From Gammaproteobacteria bacterium (GTDB lineage: Bacteria; Pseudomonadota; Gammaproteobacteria; Ga0077536): a stretch of DNA of 64,000 nucleotides. This document shows, one piece after another, positions 52,865-62,891 of this stretch; within the stretch, counting starts at the first letter, position 1, and every line of letters begins with the position of its first letter. A model generated the notes under the pieces. It ran no database searches. It saw only the letters and a program-made list of their open reading frames with translations, and had not been told where the DNA came from. The stretch is from contig CAXXLL010000002.1 of assembly GCA_963662545.2 (NCBI GenBank), positions 448,001-512,000 on the forward strand, written 5' to 3'. A program made the translations under genes and the position numbers.

Positions 52865-54106
52865 GTGATTCGCACGTCGAATTTCACTAAAGCCATCCGG
52901 ATCGTAGTACTGGCGGCGACGTTGGCTCCGACCCTTCCGGTTCTCGCCGCCAATGACGCGCTGATGGAACTGGTCAAGATCCTTCGCAACAAGCGCAGTC
53001 TCACGCAGGACGAGTATGAATTGCTCGTCAGGGCGGCAAAAGCCGATGAAGAAAAAATCGAAGGGGTGAAGCACGAAGTTGCTGAAGAGATCGAGGAGAA
53101 CGCCGCCGCTCTCGAGGACAAGACCAAGGAACCGTCGTGGCCTGAAAAGATCGAGTTCAAGGGCGATCTGCGTACGCGCTATCAGTACGAGGATGAGGAC
53201 GGCCGCGATGAACGCGGGCGCGGTCGTCTACGTTATCGTCTCGGGGTCATTGCGAAACCGTCCATGAAGTTGGAGGTCGGCGCCGGGCTTGCAAGCGGTT
53301 CCGGCGATCAGCGCTCGACCAACCAGTCTTTCGACGCGACCTTTTCGACCAAGGCGGTCAACCTCGATTACGCGTACATGCAATACGCTTTTGAAAACGG
53401 CTTGACGGCGATCGCCGGTAAGTTCAAGCGCGCGAACTTCCTGTGGGCACCGACCGATGTGATGTGGGATAGCGACATCAATCCGGAGGGATTGTCTGCC
53501 AACTACAGGGGTATGAACACCTGGGGCGGGTATTTCGCCAACGCCGGTGTCTGGGTGCTCGAAGAGAACGCCGGTTCCAGCGACGACCCGTTCATGGGCT
53601 ACGGCCAGATTGGACAGTCGTGGACGTCCGGTGAATGGTTTGGAACGCTGTCAGGGGCCGTGTACGGTTTCGGCGATGTGACGTTTGTTTCTGATTTTAC
53701 GAGCTCTGCGGGAACGAATACCGATTCGAAGCTGAGTTCTTTCAACATCGCCGGGGAACTCGGCATCAGGTTCGGCGGCGGGAAGGCGCGGCTGGTCGGT
53801 GAGTACATCAATAATTTTGAAACCAATACGTCCGCGGATACAGCCTGGGCATTGGGTGCGAAGTACGCCTGGAACAAGTGGCGCATGAAGTACATTTATG
53901 CAGACCTTGAAGCCAATTCCGTACCGGATTTCCTGCCGGATTCGGATCGCTTCAATGGCCTCACCGGCATCCGCGGCCACGAGTTCGAGATCAACTTCGC
54001 GCTAGTGAAGCACGTCAGCATCGGCCTCAACTTCTATCACGTCGAGGCCATCGCGACTGATATCGGACAGGATCTGCTTCAAGTCGATATGAATGTAGAG
54101 TTCTGA
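52865..54106 (+). CDS. Putative outer membrane porin (beta-barrel)
   Basis: Signal peptide, L...L..K..LT..EY, KGDLRTRY, STNQS, WDSDINPEG, terminal Phe. Confidence 0.82.
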   Translation: MIRTSNFTKAIRIVVLAATLAPTLPVLAANDALMELVKILRNKRSLTQDEYELLVRAAKADEEKIEGVKHEVAEEIEENAAALEDKTKEPSWPEKIEFKGDLRTRYQYEDEDGRDERGRGRLRYRLGVIAKPSMKLEVGAGLASGSGDQRSTNQSFDATFSTKAVNLDYAYMQYAFENGLTAIAGKFKRANFLWAPTDVMWDSDINPEGLSANYRGMNTWGGYFANAGVWVLEENAGSSDDPFMGYGQIGQSWTSGEWFGTLSGAVYGFGDVTFVSDFTSSAGTNTDSKLSSFNIAGELGIRFGGGKARLVGEYINNFETNTSADTAWALGAKYAWNKWRMKYIYADLEANSVPDFLPDSDRFNGLTGIRGHEFEINFALVKHVSIGLNFYHVEAIATDIGQDLLQVDMNVEF

Positions 54107-54346
54107 TCCCCCAAGGCGCCCCGAGGGCGCGTATCCACGCCAGAATCAATGTGCCCTGCGTTCAGGTACCGCTCGCTCCTGCAGATAGTTCGGAGCATGT
54201 TGGATAGCGTGGGATTTCAACAGCCCGTTGATGAGCAGCGGACGGGCCGGGGGTTGTCGATTTGTACGTTTTATCAGTTCGAAATTTTGTCGGAACGACG
54301 GCAAAAACCCGAAGGTATGATCGACGCTGCGCGCTGACGATCTGGC

Positions 54347-55840
54347 TCAACGCATGGCGCGGTGCTCGCCGATTTTGCGCAAATCAAATATCAACTGCCG
54401 CGAAGCCGCGCGTTCTTCCTCGGTCATCGACGCCGCCGCGGCCTGCCTCGCATGCCGGACCGCACGGCGTACCGCACCCTCGTCGACCGCGCGTCGCGCT
54501 ATCGACAGGAAGTAAGTATGGAGAATACCCATGCCATTGCGGGCTTGTTCGTTATCGGCATCGATCTCGAGTACACGGCGCAGTCGGGCTAGCGCGTTGT
54601 CGTCGCCGGGGCCGATGAATCGCGCCTCACCCAAGTCCCGCCACGCATCCTGCAATAAGCGGTCCACGTCATCACCCTGATCGACCGGCGATTCGGGGGT
54701 GAATGCATCAGCCTGAAACGAGATCGCGGACCGCATGGCATCCGCGTCTATCACCGGCGGTTGATAAGTGGTGACCCAGGCGGCGAGACCCGCTACCGCT
54801 GCAATCGGTACCGCTGCTTTCAGTAATCGCGTGCCGCGCCACCGATTCCGGGTGTCCGCTGGCGGTCGTGTATCGGGGATCTCTTGCGTCGCCACAGGGC
54901 GTGCGGATGCCGCAGGGATCACCGTCGATCCGATCACGAGAAGTTCGCCTTCGAGTTCGCGCTTCCATCCGGCCAGGTCCTGCGGCCGTTTTTCTTCGCG
55001 AAATGACAGGGCGCGATCGATGGCGCATAGAAACTCGACGCTGTAACGCTCCGCTGCGGCGCGTGTCGCGGGCACATAGGGATCATCGGCTCCGCTCAAC
55101 AGGGCCTCGCTGCGCGCGATTGCATCGCACGGAACCGTTCCAACGGTTGCGCGGTACAGGGTTGCCCCGAGCCCGTAGATGTCCGTCCATGGTCCCTGTT
55201 TGTCGCTGCGCGCATAGTATTGCTCGAACGGCGCATAGCCCGGCGAAACCAGGGTCGTCAGTGTGCGCGCCGTGACACCTTCGGTCCGCCGCGCGGAGCC
55301 GAAATCGAGCAATACGGGAGAGTGGTCTTTCCGAATGTAGATGTTGCCGGGCTTGATGTCGCGATGGGTGAACCCAGCGGCGTGTACCACGCCGAGGCCA
55401 TCCAGGATCGGCAAGACCATCTTCTTGAGCCAGTTCTCGTCAAGCGTTGCGCCGCGGTCGAGTATTTCGCTGAGGCTCGATCCGTCCTCGTAACGCATGA
55501 CCATGTATGCGGTCCGGTTCATTTCGAAAACTGAAAACACGCTGACGATATTCGGGTGTTCGAATCGTGACAGCGTCTGCGCTTCGGTGATGAATCGATT
55601 CAAACCCCAACGGAAGTCCTTGCGGTGACTTTTCGTAAAGGGCACCACGTCGTCATCGGTATTTCGCCAGCATAGATCGGTCGGCAGGTATTCCTTGATG
55701 GCGACCGGTTGGCTCAAGTTCGCGTCATGGGCGAGGTAGGTGATGCCGAATCCACCCTGGCCAAGAACGCCGTGGATCGTATACCGCTGAATGATGGAGC
55801 CTGAAGGGAGCGCCTGGAAAAAGCCGCGGGACATGGTCAA
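54347..55840 (-). CDS. Hanks-type Ser/Thr protein kinase with TM segment
   Basis: LGQGGFGITY, VAIKE, HRDIKPGN, DFG, APFEQ, DIYGLG. Confidence 0.95.
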   Translation of the reverse strand: MTMSRGFFQALPSGSIIQRYTIHGVLGQGGFGITYLAHDANLSQPVAIKEYLPTDLCWRNTDDDVVPFTKSHRKDFRWGLNRFITEAQTLSRFEHPNIVSVFSVFEMNRTAYMVMRYEDGSSLSEILDRGATLDENWLKKMVLPILDGLGVVHAAGFTHRDIKPGNIYIRKDHSPVLLDFGSARRTEGVTARTLTTLVSPGYAPFEQYYARSDKQGPWTDIYGLGATLYRATVGTVPCDAIARSEALLSGADDPYVPATRAAAERYSVEFLCAIDRALSFREEKRPQDLAGWKRELEGELLVIGSTVIPAASARPVATQEIPDTRPPADTRNRWRGTRLLKAAVPIAAVAGLAAWVTTYQPPVIDADAMRSAISFQADAFTPESPVDQGDDVDRLLQDAWRDLGEARFIGPGDDNALARLRRVLEIDADNEQARNGMGILHTYFLSIARRAVDEGAVRRAVRHARQAAAASMTEEERAASRQLIFDLRKIGEHRAMR

Positions 55841-55867
55841 TGAGTGCGGAGAACCTGCGCGGCCGCG

Positions 55868-56518
55868 TCAGCCTTTAACTTGCTTGGAGGTCTTGGCGGC
55901 CAGGGCGTAAAACGCGTTCGCCTGCCCGGAAATGAGCCCGGTCAGTGAGTCGATGAACGGGCGGTCCATGCGCTCGCCGGCAAGTTCGTATTTCGTGGTT
56001 CCGAGCATCAAGATGTTGCGCAGGGTAAGCGTGACGATCCCGAGCGCGAGGTCCGCCGAGACCGTAAGTGCGGCGGGTACGGTCGGCTCGATCGATAGCT
56101 TGTTGACCGTGGCGCCCGTCGCGCTCTTAAATGCCAGGCCGTGATCGAAAAGTGTCTTTCGAAGCTTGCGATAAATCGCTTCCGATCTGCAAACATGGCT
56201 CACCGACTCCCGTCCCCGGTACTCGAACGACACGATGAATGTCTGCGAGGCCACGCTGTTGTCGTCGACCAGGGACAAATTCTGTATCTCCGAAGTTTTC
56301 AGCATGCCAATCTCGCCGAGATTGAAATCGTTTTTGAATTTCAGCGGTGCGCTCTGGTGATCAATGACGAAAGCGGCCAGCGTGCGTCGCGCCAGTACCA
56401 TACGCGGTTCGCGTTCGGCGCTCTTGGCCGAACCGCGGGAAATAACGCGCGTTTCCGCGCGTGATACGGGCTCAGTCGTCGGTTCCCATCGTTCAGGAAC
56501 GGTCTTTTTGTCAGACAT
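55868..56518 (-). CDS. Hypothetical protein upstream of the kinase
   Basis: GAGGT SD before MSDKKT; co-oriented with the kinase. Confidence 0.6.
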   Translation of the reverse strand: MSDKKTVPERWEPTTEPVSRAETRVISRGSAKSAEREPRMVLARRTLAAFVIDHQSAPLKFKNDFNLGEIGMLKTSEIQNLSLVDDNSVASQTFIVSFEYRGRESVSHVCRSEAIYRKLRKTLFDHGLAFKSATGATVNKLSIEPTVPAALTVSADLALGIVTLTLRNILMLGTTKYELAGERMDRPFIDSLTGLISGQANAFYALAAKTSKQVKG

Positions 56519-56615
56519 CGCGTGGCACCTCGAAGTGCCGGCTGAGCCTCGAACCCGATCTATCGGCCGGCGTTGAACAAATTTGAACCCAATGAGACAT
56601 AGCACTATTGATTAG

Positions 56616-56778
56616 GCAACCTCTGAATAAGTCATGGTCCGTCTGCCTGGCCCATGAAATCGCGTAGCCTTACGTTAAGAACCTTAGCCCTAGGCCCCTG
56701 CTATGGCCTGCGATTCGTGCCTTGACCTGCACCATTGCATGAACCATTCAGACCCACCATGACTTATTCAGAGGTTCC
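56616..56778. mobile_element. MITE family A, copy 2
   Basis: TIR GCAACCTCTGAATAAGTCATGG / CCATGACTTATTCAGAGGTTCC; TTAG duplicated on both sides. Confidence 0.88.
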
Positions 56779-56884
56779 TTAGATACTCGGATCAGCGGGC
56801 GGCGTCCCGGTTTATACCAAAATAAACCGACCGGGGCCGCGCCGGAAATTACAGCTTACTTCCCCTGGCAGGGGCGGCGGCGGT

Positions 56885-58156
56885 ATGGTCGGCTATTCCC
56901 ATTCGAGATACCCGTCCGTGTCGATTGTACAAGCGCTTACCGGACTCGTCGTCTTTCATGTCGGCCTCTGGCTGTTGAGCGAAGACCGAACCCGCGTCAA
57001 ATGGTCCATTGCCGCCGCCGCCCTCGGTCTGCAGATCGTCCTCGCCCTCGTTTTCGTCAGGTGGCCGCCGGCGGCACATGTCTTCGATCTCGTGAGCGGT
57101 CTGATGACGGCCCTGCAAAAGGCGAGCGCAGCCGGGACGCGCTTCGTGTTTGGCTTTCTCGGCGGCGGCCCGGCGCCCTATGCAGTGGTCGAACCGGGCG
57201 CGACCTACGTGCTTGCGCTCCAGGCCCTGCCGCTCATCATTGTGGTGAGCGCGCTGACCCGCGTGCTGACCCATTGGCGAGTCCTGCCGGCACTAGTCCG
57301 CTTGGGCTCGCTGACGCTCGAGCGTCTGCTGGGGATCGGCGGCGCATTGGGCCTTTCCGCAGCCGCCAATCTATTGGTCGGCATGACCGAAGCACCGTTG
57401 GTTGTGCGTCCCTATCTCGGCCGCATGAGCCGGAGTGAATTGTTCGCGCTCATGTCGACCGGCATGGCGACCATCGCCGGCTCCGTATTTGTTCTCTATG
57501 CGACTATCCTGGCGCCCTTGGTGCCGAATGCCCCCGGTCACCTGCTGGCCGCGTCGCTCATGAGCTTACCGGCGGCTATTGCTTACAGCCTGATCCTGAT
57601 CCCCCCCACCGTGCTGACCGGCGCAGACATCGACGCCGGGCGCGAAGACAGCGGCACTTTCGACGCCTTGACTCGAGGGACCTTCCAGGGCTTGCAGCTC
57701 TACCTCAATATCGTCGCCATGTTGCTGGTGCTGGTTGCACTCGTCCACCTGCTCAACATGGGTCTGGGCTTGATCGACTTGACCGGTTCCCCGCTCAGCC
57801 TCGAACGCATGCTCGGATGGATCCTGGCGCCGGTATGCTGGCTCATGGGTATTCCCTGGGGCGAGGCAGCGGCGGCCGGCGCCCTGATGGGGACCAAGGT
57901 CGTGCTGAACGAACTCATCGCCTACGTTAACCTCACCCAGTTACCCGCCGCCACCCTGAGTAAGGATTCGGAGCTCGTTATGACCTACGCGTTGTGCGGG
58001 TTCGCGAATTTCGGCAGTCTCGGCATGCTTGTCGGCGGGCTGAGCCTGCTGGTGCCGGAGCGCCGCGAGGAAATACTGGAACTCGGTTTGCGGTCCATCG
58101 TGGTCGGAACGCTCGCCACGTGTACAACGGGGGCAATCGTCGGCCTGGTCGCCTGA
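56885..58156 (+). CDS. NupC/CNT-family nucleoside transporter
   Basis: GTRFVFG, GMTEAP, GMATIAGSV, TKVVLNE, YALCGFANFGS. Start may be GTG near 56918. Confidence 0.93.
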   Translation: MVGYSHSRYPSVSIVQALTGLVVFHVGLWLLSEDRTRVKWSIAAAALGLQIVLALVFVRWPPAAHVFDLVSGLMTALQKASAAGTRFVFGFLGGGPAPYAVVEPGATYVLALQALPLIIVVSALTRVLTHWRVLPALVRLGSLTLERLLGIGGALGLSAAANLLVGMTEAPLVVRPYLGRMSRSELFALMSTGMATIAGSVFVLYATILAPLVPNAPGHLLAASLMSLPAAIAYSLILIPPTVLTGADIDAGREDSGTFDALTRGTFQGLQLYLNIVAMLLVLVALVHLLNMGLGLIDLTGSPLSLERMLGWILAPVCWLMGIPWGEAAAAGALMGTKVVLNELIAYVNLTQLPAATLSKDSELVMTYALCGFANFGSLGMLVGGLSLLVPERREEILELGLRSIVVGTLATCTTGAIVGLVA

Positions 58157-58308
58157 GTCGTTGTCCGACGGCGAACGAGATTCTGATTTGATCGCTTGCG
58201 GCCGACAAGATGCGACGCGGATAAACGCGTCGCTATTTTCGTCGTTAAAATGGTCGAACGGCGGATCGATCATTAAGATTCGCGAGTCAGTTCCCGTAGG
58301 ATTAGGCG

Positions 58309-58533
58309 ATGGATGAAACCACACGACTCGGCACGCTCTGGTCGCAAACCTTGATGGACGTCTTGTGCATTGCCGTGCGGCAGCAGAAGGAGGAGAAAGC
58401 ACGAGAGGTGTTGAAAGAAATGCGGGTAAAGCGCTATCGCAAGGACCAAATTAGGAAGTATGCCGCCAAGAACCTGGAACCAGCCGAAGTCGTGTTTCTC
58501 GAACGTCTATTGAAGTCTTTGAGCGGCAAATGA
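58309..58533 (+). CDS. Small hypothetical protein
   Basis: 74-aa ORF with an upstream AGGA. Confidence 0.55.
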   Translation: MDETTRLGTLWSQTLMDVLCIAVRQQKEEKAREVLKEMRVKRYRKDQIRKYAAKNLEPAEVVFLERLLKSLSGK

Positions 58534-58612
58534 GTTCGCGCCCATTGCGACGGCGGTCGCGAAACGCCGCGGTCGACGGCCAGCCGGGGTCCATTCGCCC
58601 GCGGGATGTTAG

Positions 58613-58955
58613 CCCGCCTATTTCACGAAGGCGGCCGTAGCGCTCGGAGAAGTTGTTGAGTAAACAGGATTAAGCACGTCATTCGACGAGGTTCGAACCA
58701 GTCGCAATTTGTACGCCCCGCATGCGGCCTACGACGGCACCGGCTGGTCCATGCACGCCTGGACTCAGATCAAGCTCGCGCCATAACTACGACTGTGACG
58801 AGAGCTCCAGACCGGCTTCTTCGTGCGCAATCCCCGCTCCGCTCGAAGTCCAGCCGGGCCATCCATGGCCCGTCGTTCGCGGTTGCGCCGCTCATACAGA
58901 TGCACCTGTCCTCAGCCGCCATCCGCCGTCCGCCGTCCTTCATGCAATAGGCGGG
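58613..58955. mobile_element. MITE family B (~340 bp)
   Basis: TIR CCCGCCTATTTCACGAAGG / CCTTCATGCAATAGGCGGG (2 mismatches); flanks TTAG/CTAG. Confidence 0.7.
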
Positions 58956-59117
58956 CTAGCCTTCAAAGGCCTCAGGAGTCCGCTAGCGGGCGAATGAAGC
59001 GATCCGAGGGACCGCACTATGCGGTCTATGATCCAGGAAACCCGGTGTATTTCTCGCGGCGGATCGGGGGCGACAAGCGTGGAAGTCAGATTCAACAGCG
59101 TTTAGACTTGAATCGAT

Positions 59118-59801
59118 ATGAGCGGAAAAGCCTACATTATCGGCCGGGCCGGCGATATCACGCTGTACGACGATACCGTGTCGCGCCAACACGCGAGTCT
59201 CGAAATCGACGATGACAGGCTATATCTCAAGGATCTCGATTCGCGCAATGGCACCTACGAAATCCGGGAAAAGAAGCTCGTGCCTTTCACCGCCGGGCTG
59301 GTCACCTCGGACCAGGTTTTCGCTTTTGGCGAATGTGTTCGGAGCGTTGCGCAATTACTGAAAATGATTGAAAGCGCCACCGACGGTTCGCCGACGATGG
59401 GGGACGGCAATGAGGACGATCCGTTGGATGCGACTCAGATCGGGTTCAGTATCGCGCCACGCAAGCGCCTGACATCGGCAAACATCATCGAGATGTTGGA
59501 GCAAGCCGAGGACGATGCGGCGGACGGGAAGTCGTTGCACGAGATCTGTGAAGCGCTTGGAATTACCAAACAACGCTACGAGCGCTGGTGCAAGGAGTAT
59601 GGGGAGACACGCGCGGAACGCGAGGAAACGACGGTAGCGCTACGCCGCGAGAACGAACGCCTGCGTAAAATCGTCGCGGACCTGTCGCTTGAACGGGACG
59701 TGCTAAAGGACGCCTCGCGGCCTTCGACCGAGACGACTGGCGAGGACCCCGACAATCCCGCGTCCCCGAACCTTTCGATCGTCAGCGACTCAAAGCCGTA
59801 A
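59118..59801 (+). CDS. FHA domain fused to an IS3 OrfA-like HTH/leucine zipper
   Basis: IGR, VSRQHA, DLDSRNGT (FHA); KR.T...II..L..AE...G.S..EIC..LGI....Y.RW.KEYG...EN.RL...VADLSL....LK. Confidence 0.8.
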   Translation: MSGKAYIIGRAGDITLYDDTVSRQHASLEIDDDRLYLKDLDSRNGTYEIREKKLVPFTAGLVTSDQVFAFGECVRSVAQLLKMIESATDGSPTMGDGNEDDPLDATQIGFSIAPRKRLTSANIIEMLEQAEDDAADGKSLHEICEALGITKQRYERWCKEYGETRAEREETTVALRRENERLRKIVADLSLERDVLKDASRPSTETTGEDPDNPASPNLSIVSDSKP

Positions 59802-59831
59802 ACGCCGCTGCGGGTCGCGACAGCACCACGC

Positions 59832-60698
59832 TCACACAGGCTTTTCGCCGAGATGCACCGCTCGACGGGCCGCACCATTCGACGCGTGGGGCGTGCGTAG
59901 CACGCCGTCATTCTGTTTCTCCATTTCTCGTGCTTCATCCGCGAGGCGCGCGGCGGCGCGCATCATTTCGTGGCCCGCGGCGACCAGCGGCACGTAGTTC
60001 CCCGGATCCTGTTCGACAAAGCAGCCCTTGGTTGTCACGGCCGCCACGGATTCGGCAATCTTGAGTGCCGCATACGCCTTGGCTCCCGCGTAGGGATTCG
60101 AGAATTCACCGGCGGCGACGGCTTTCTCGGCGGTGACGATCATGGTCGGCATGTCCGGGGTGTCCCCGGCTTTCAGCGCTTCGATCACGGCGTCGAGTTC
60201 CCTCTGAACGACGCGAAAAGCCCCGGTCGCGGCGAGTAGGCGAATGACGTCACTGTTGAACAAGGCCATCTCGGTGGCGTCGAGAAACTCTCGCCGCGCG
60301 CCGATCATGGGATCGGCGGGAAAGATGAAAAATCCCAGGCCGGGCGGGACGTTCGGCACCTGTTTACCTTGCTCGTTTTTTTTGAAAAACGCTTTTTTTG
60401 ACGGCGCATCGCCGAGCGCAATCGTCGCGACGCCGGTCTCGATCAAAGCCTCGCGGGCCCGCGTCGGGCCCGGCAGGGACGCGTTTGGGCTGACCAGCAG
60501 GACGAGATTGGCCTCGTAAGCCAGACAGTCGGCCGTCGGGCCCTCGCAGGCATCGGGATCGAGCTTCGCGCCGCTGGTAAAGGCCCGCGTTTCGAGATCC
60601 TCGCGGTCCGCACGTTCGTCAACCAAGAGGTCGAGAAGGGGCGCCGCGCCGATGCAGCCCAGTTTAAGGACGGCGAGTTTGAACACGCTGTCAGGCAT
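59832..60698 (-). CDS. mtd: F420-dependent methylene-tetrahydromethanopterin dehydrogenase (archaeal Mtd family)
   Basis: KLGCIG...LDL.VDERADRED, SGAK, SPN...PGP..ARE, DPMIGARREFLD..EMALFN.D, FSNPYA.AKA, GCF, AREMEK.ND...RTPH. Confidence 0.88.
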   Translation of the reverse strand: MPDSVFKLAVLKLGCIGAAPLLDLLVDERADREDLETRAFTSGAKLDPDACEGPTADCLAYEANLVLLVSPNASLPGPTRAREALIETGVATIALGDAPSKKAFFKKNEQGKQVPNVPPGLGFFIFPADPMIGARREFLDATEMALFNSDVIRLLAATGAFRVVQRELDAVIEALKAGDTPDMPTMIVTAEKAVAAGEFSNPYAGAKAYAALKIAESVAAVTTKGCFVEQDPGNYVPLVAAGHEMMRAAARLADEAREMEKQNDGVLRTPHASNGAARRAVHLGEKPV

Positions 60699-60746
60699 GG
60701 TGGATTCCTCGTTCTTAGAACCTATCTCAAAATTATCCGTAGGTAC

Positions 60747-60845
60747 GTTGCGCCCTGAAAGCGCGATGGCGAGGCGCAGTGCGCAGAGCTGAGTTGCTCT
60801 ATGTACAAGCGCTGTAACGAAGCAAGCGCGTTTTCAGGGCGCAAC
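60747..60845. repeat. 14-bp inverted repeat within a probable MITE remnant
   Basis: GTTGCGCCCTGAAA / TTTCAGGGCGCAAC; preceded by TTAGAACCTATCTCAAAA. Confidence 0.6.
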
Positions 60846-60970
60846 CCTTTGAGCCGGGGGCGAGACTTTATCACAGTGGGATCCGGCAACGCCGGCGGCA
60901 TCGCGATGCATTAGGTCCAAAAAAGAAGACCGGCGTGAGGCCGGTCTTCGATGCTTCGATCAGGCGCGGC

Positions 60971-61288
60971 TCAAGCGGGCTTTTTGACCCACACGATGCA
61001 CCAGCCTTTGGCATTGACGAGATTCCCGGGAAAAATGGTGCACTTGCCCCACTCGTCGCCGCCCTGGTACTGCATGCAGTTCGCACAGGTGCTGCCCGCA
61101 ATGAAGTTTGCGTGCTTACTGGTGTCAACCTCTGATGCGTCAGCGATGTATCCCAGTGCAGAGGCCTGCGGTCCGGCCGGATCCAATTGCGGCAAATCCT
61201 CGGCCCAGGAGACCGGAACGGCGAGTGCCGTTGCCGCAAGGCCGGCGCAAAGATGGCCAAACTCGCGACGATCCAACGATTTTCCCAT
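60971..61288 (-). CDS. High-potential iron-sulfur protein (HiPIP) with Tat signal
   Basis: DRREF twin-Arg; A.ALGY; CANC..Y...C.IFPG..V...GWC..W. Confidence 0.93.
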   Translation of the reverse strand: MGKSLDRREFGHLCAGLAATALAVPVSWAEDLPQLDPAGPQASALGYIADASEVDTSKHANFIAGSTCANCMQYQGGDEWGKCTIFPGNLVNAKGWCIVWVKKPA

Positions 61289-61524
61289 GTGTATTACCTC
61301 TGGCTCTCTAAATCGGTAAGTGTATTGTTGATCAACTCGGGTTCGTGCGTACACCCAGCCCGCTGCATTCAACCGAGGGCTCGCGCGCTGGATGCTACAG
61401 TGCGGAAGATTAACGTCGCCTGAATGATACAGGCGGCATTAGAATTGCGCTCGCTGGAGCGTGCCGCGTTTCAGCCACGTTGTCGGAGCCCGCTGGCGGG
61501 TAATACGAGCCCTGGCACGGCGAT

Positions 61525-62151
61525 TCAGATGTCGATATCAGCGTATTCTGTGACGATCGATTTCTCGGCAATGATCTGCCGCCATTCATCCATGAGTTGC
61601 TTGAGTTCCTTGACGCGCTCGCGTCCCCGGAGCTTGCCGTCGATGCCTTTGCCGGCTGCCCGCGCCGCCTGAATCGTGCGTGGATCGAAGTCCACCGTCC
61701 ACCCCCCATAAGACCCGGTCCACGACCAGGCAGTACAGGAGAAATCGTCCCACGCGGCCGTTTCTTTCCAGGTCGCGCGTTTGGGGATGGTGAGCCCGTC
61801 AGTCGGCACATGCGAGGCGCTGAAGCGAAATCCTTCCTTCGAACACTTGAGGTGCTCGATAGAAATGATGGTGATGGTCTGCATATCGAAATAAAGGGCT
61901 TCGGAGGACCACAGGTATTTCCAGGCGAGGTCGAACAGCTCGCGTGCCTCGACGCGCGCCCAGCCGCCGCGCTTGGATGGGCGCAGCGCCTTGAGCCCGT
62001 TCGCCTGAATGGTCGCCCGCATCTTGGCGCTTTCGCTGAAACTGCCGAACAAGGCCCATTTGAGTTGGCGGATCTCGCCTTGCAATACGGAGACCTTGGT
62101 CTCCAGAACCTTGTCCTTTTTCCAGACGAAGCGAGGCAGACGCTTTTTCAT
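61525..62151 (-). CDS. Hypothetical protein
   Basis: 208-aa ORF; no family recognised. Confidence 0.5.
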   Translation of the reverse strand: MKKRLPRFVWKKDKVLETKVSVLQGEIRQLKWALFGSFSESAKMRATIQANGLKALRPSKRGGWARVEARELFDLAWKYLWSSEALYFDMQTITIISIEHLKCSKEGFRFSASHVPTDGLTIPKRATWKETAAWDDFSCTAWSWTGSYGGWTVDFDPRTIQAARAAGKGIDGKLRGRERVKELKQLMDEWRQIIAEKSIVTEYADIDI

Positions 62152-62364
62152 TTCATTGCGGGGATGACGAGGATCGGAAAGATAAACCGATTTTCCAACG
62201 CCGCAATAGATTTATTCGATGCCACACAGGTTCCTAGTCTACCGCAGGACTGATTCTAAGCTCGATGATACGATCGAAGAGATGGTTTTCCGTCGTGATC
62301 CGAAAATCCCGTCCGGTAAAATCAGCGCCTCGCTACGATTCCCTAAGTCCGATAAGCTGCTCGC

Positions 62365-62646
62365 GTGAAGGAACAACCCGTGGTACTCGGCATCGCGCCA
62401 CGCGAGGTCACGGAGCTTTACGCGGTCTGCGCGCGAATGGATTTTGCGGCCGGGAGGAAGCTGCACTACGAGTTGTTCGAGCTGAACCGTCCGGTGTTTT
62501 ACGACACCATTCCGATACCGAGCAAATATATGATGAAGCGCCTGGGACTTTTGCACGAAAACGAGTACCGGCCTCGGATGCATCCGGCGACAGCGGAGCT
62601 TGCCGAGCGCCGCGACGCGGTTCTCGAAGAAGCCGGCCGGATTTGA
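62365..62646 (+). pseudogene. C-terminal fragment of a DapA/DHDPS-family aldolase
   Basis: LHYELFELNRPVFYDTIPIPSKYMMKRLG resembles the F.ETNPIPVK..M...G C-terminal region; no catalytic N-terminus. Confidence 0.55.
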
Positions 62647-62670
62647 ACGATTTGACGGAGACAGAATCGT

Positions 62671-62889
62671 ATGAACACCACCTTGCTCAGGACTTTCCAG
62701 GCCGGGGCCGCGTTGTTGGTATGCACCATTGCGGCGATGGCGATTCTCGTCCTGCTTGGCATTCTCGATTCTGATCAGGCATTGAACATCGGCATCAACA
62801 TCTCCGCCGTCATCGGAATCTGTCTCGTCGCCGGTCTGGGCTTAACCGCGCTGTTCGGCTTGGGCTCGGGCAAATCCGAAGATCGGTGA
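62671..62889 (+). CDS. Small two-TM membrane protein
   Basis: GGAG SD; two hydrophobic helices; coupled to the next gene. Confidence 0.65.
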   Translation: MNTTLLRTFQAGAALLVCTIAAMAILVLLGILDSDQALNIGINISAVIGICLVAGLGLTALFGLGSGKSEDR

Positions 62890-62891
62890 CG

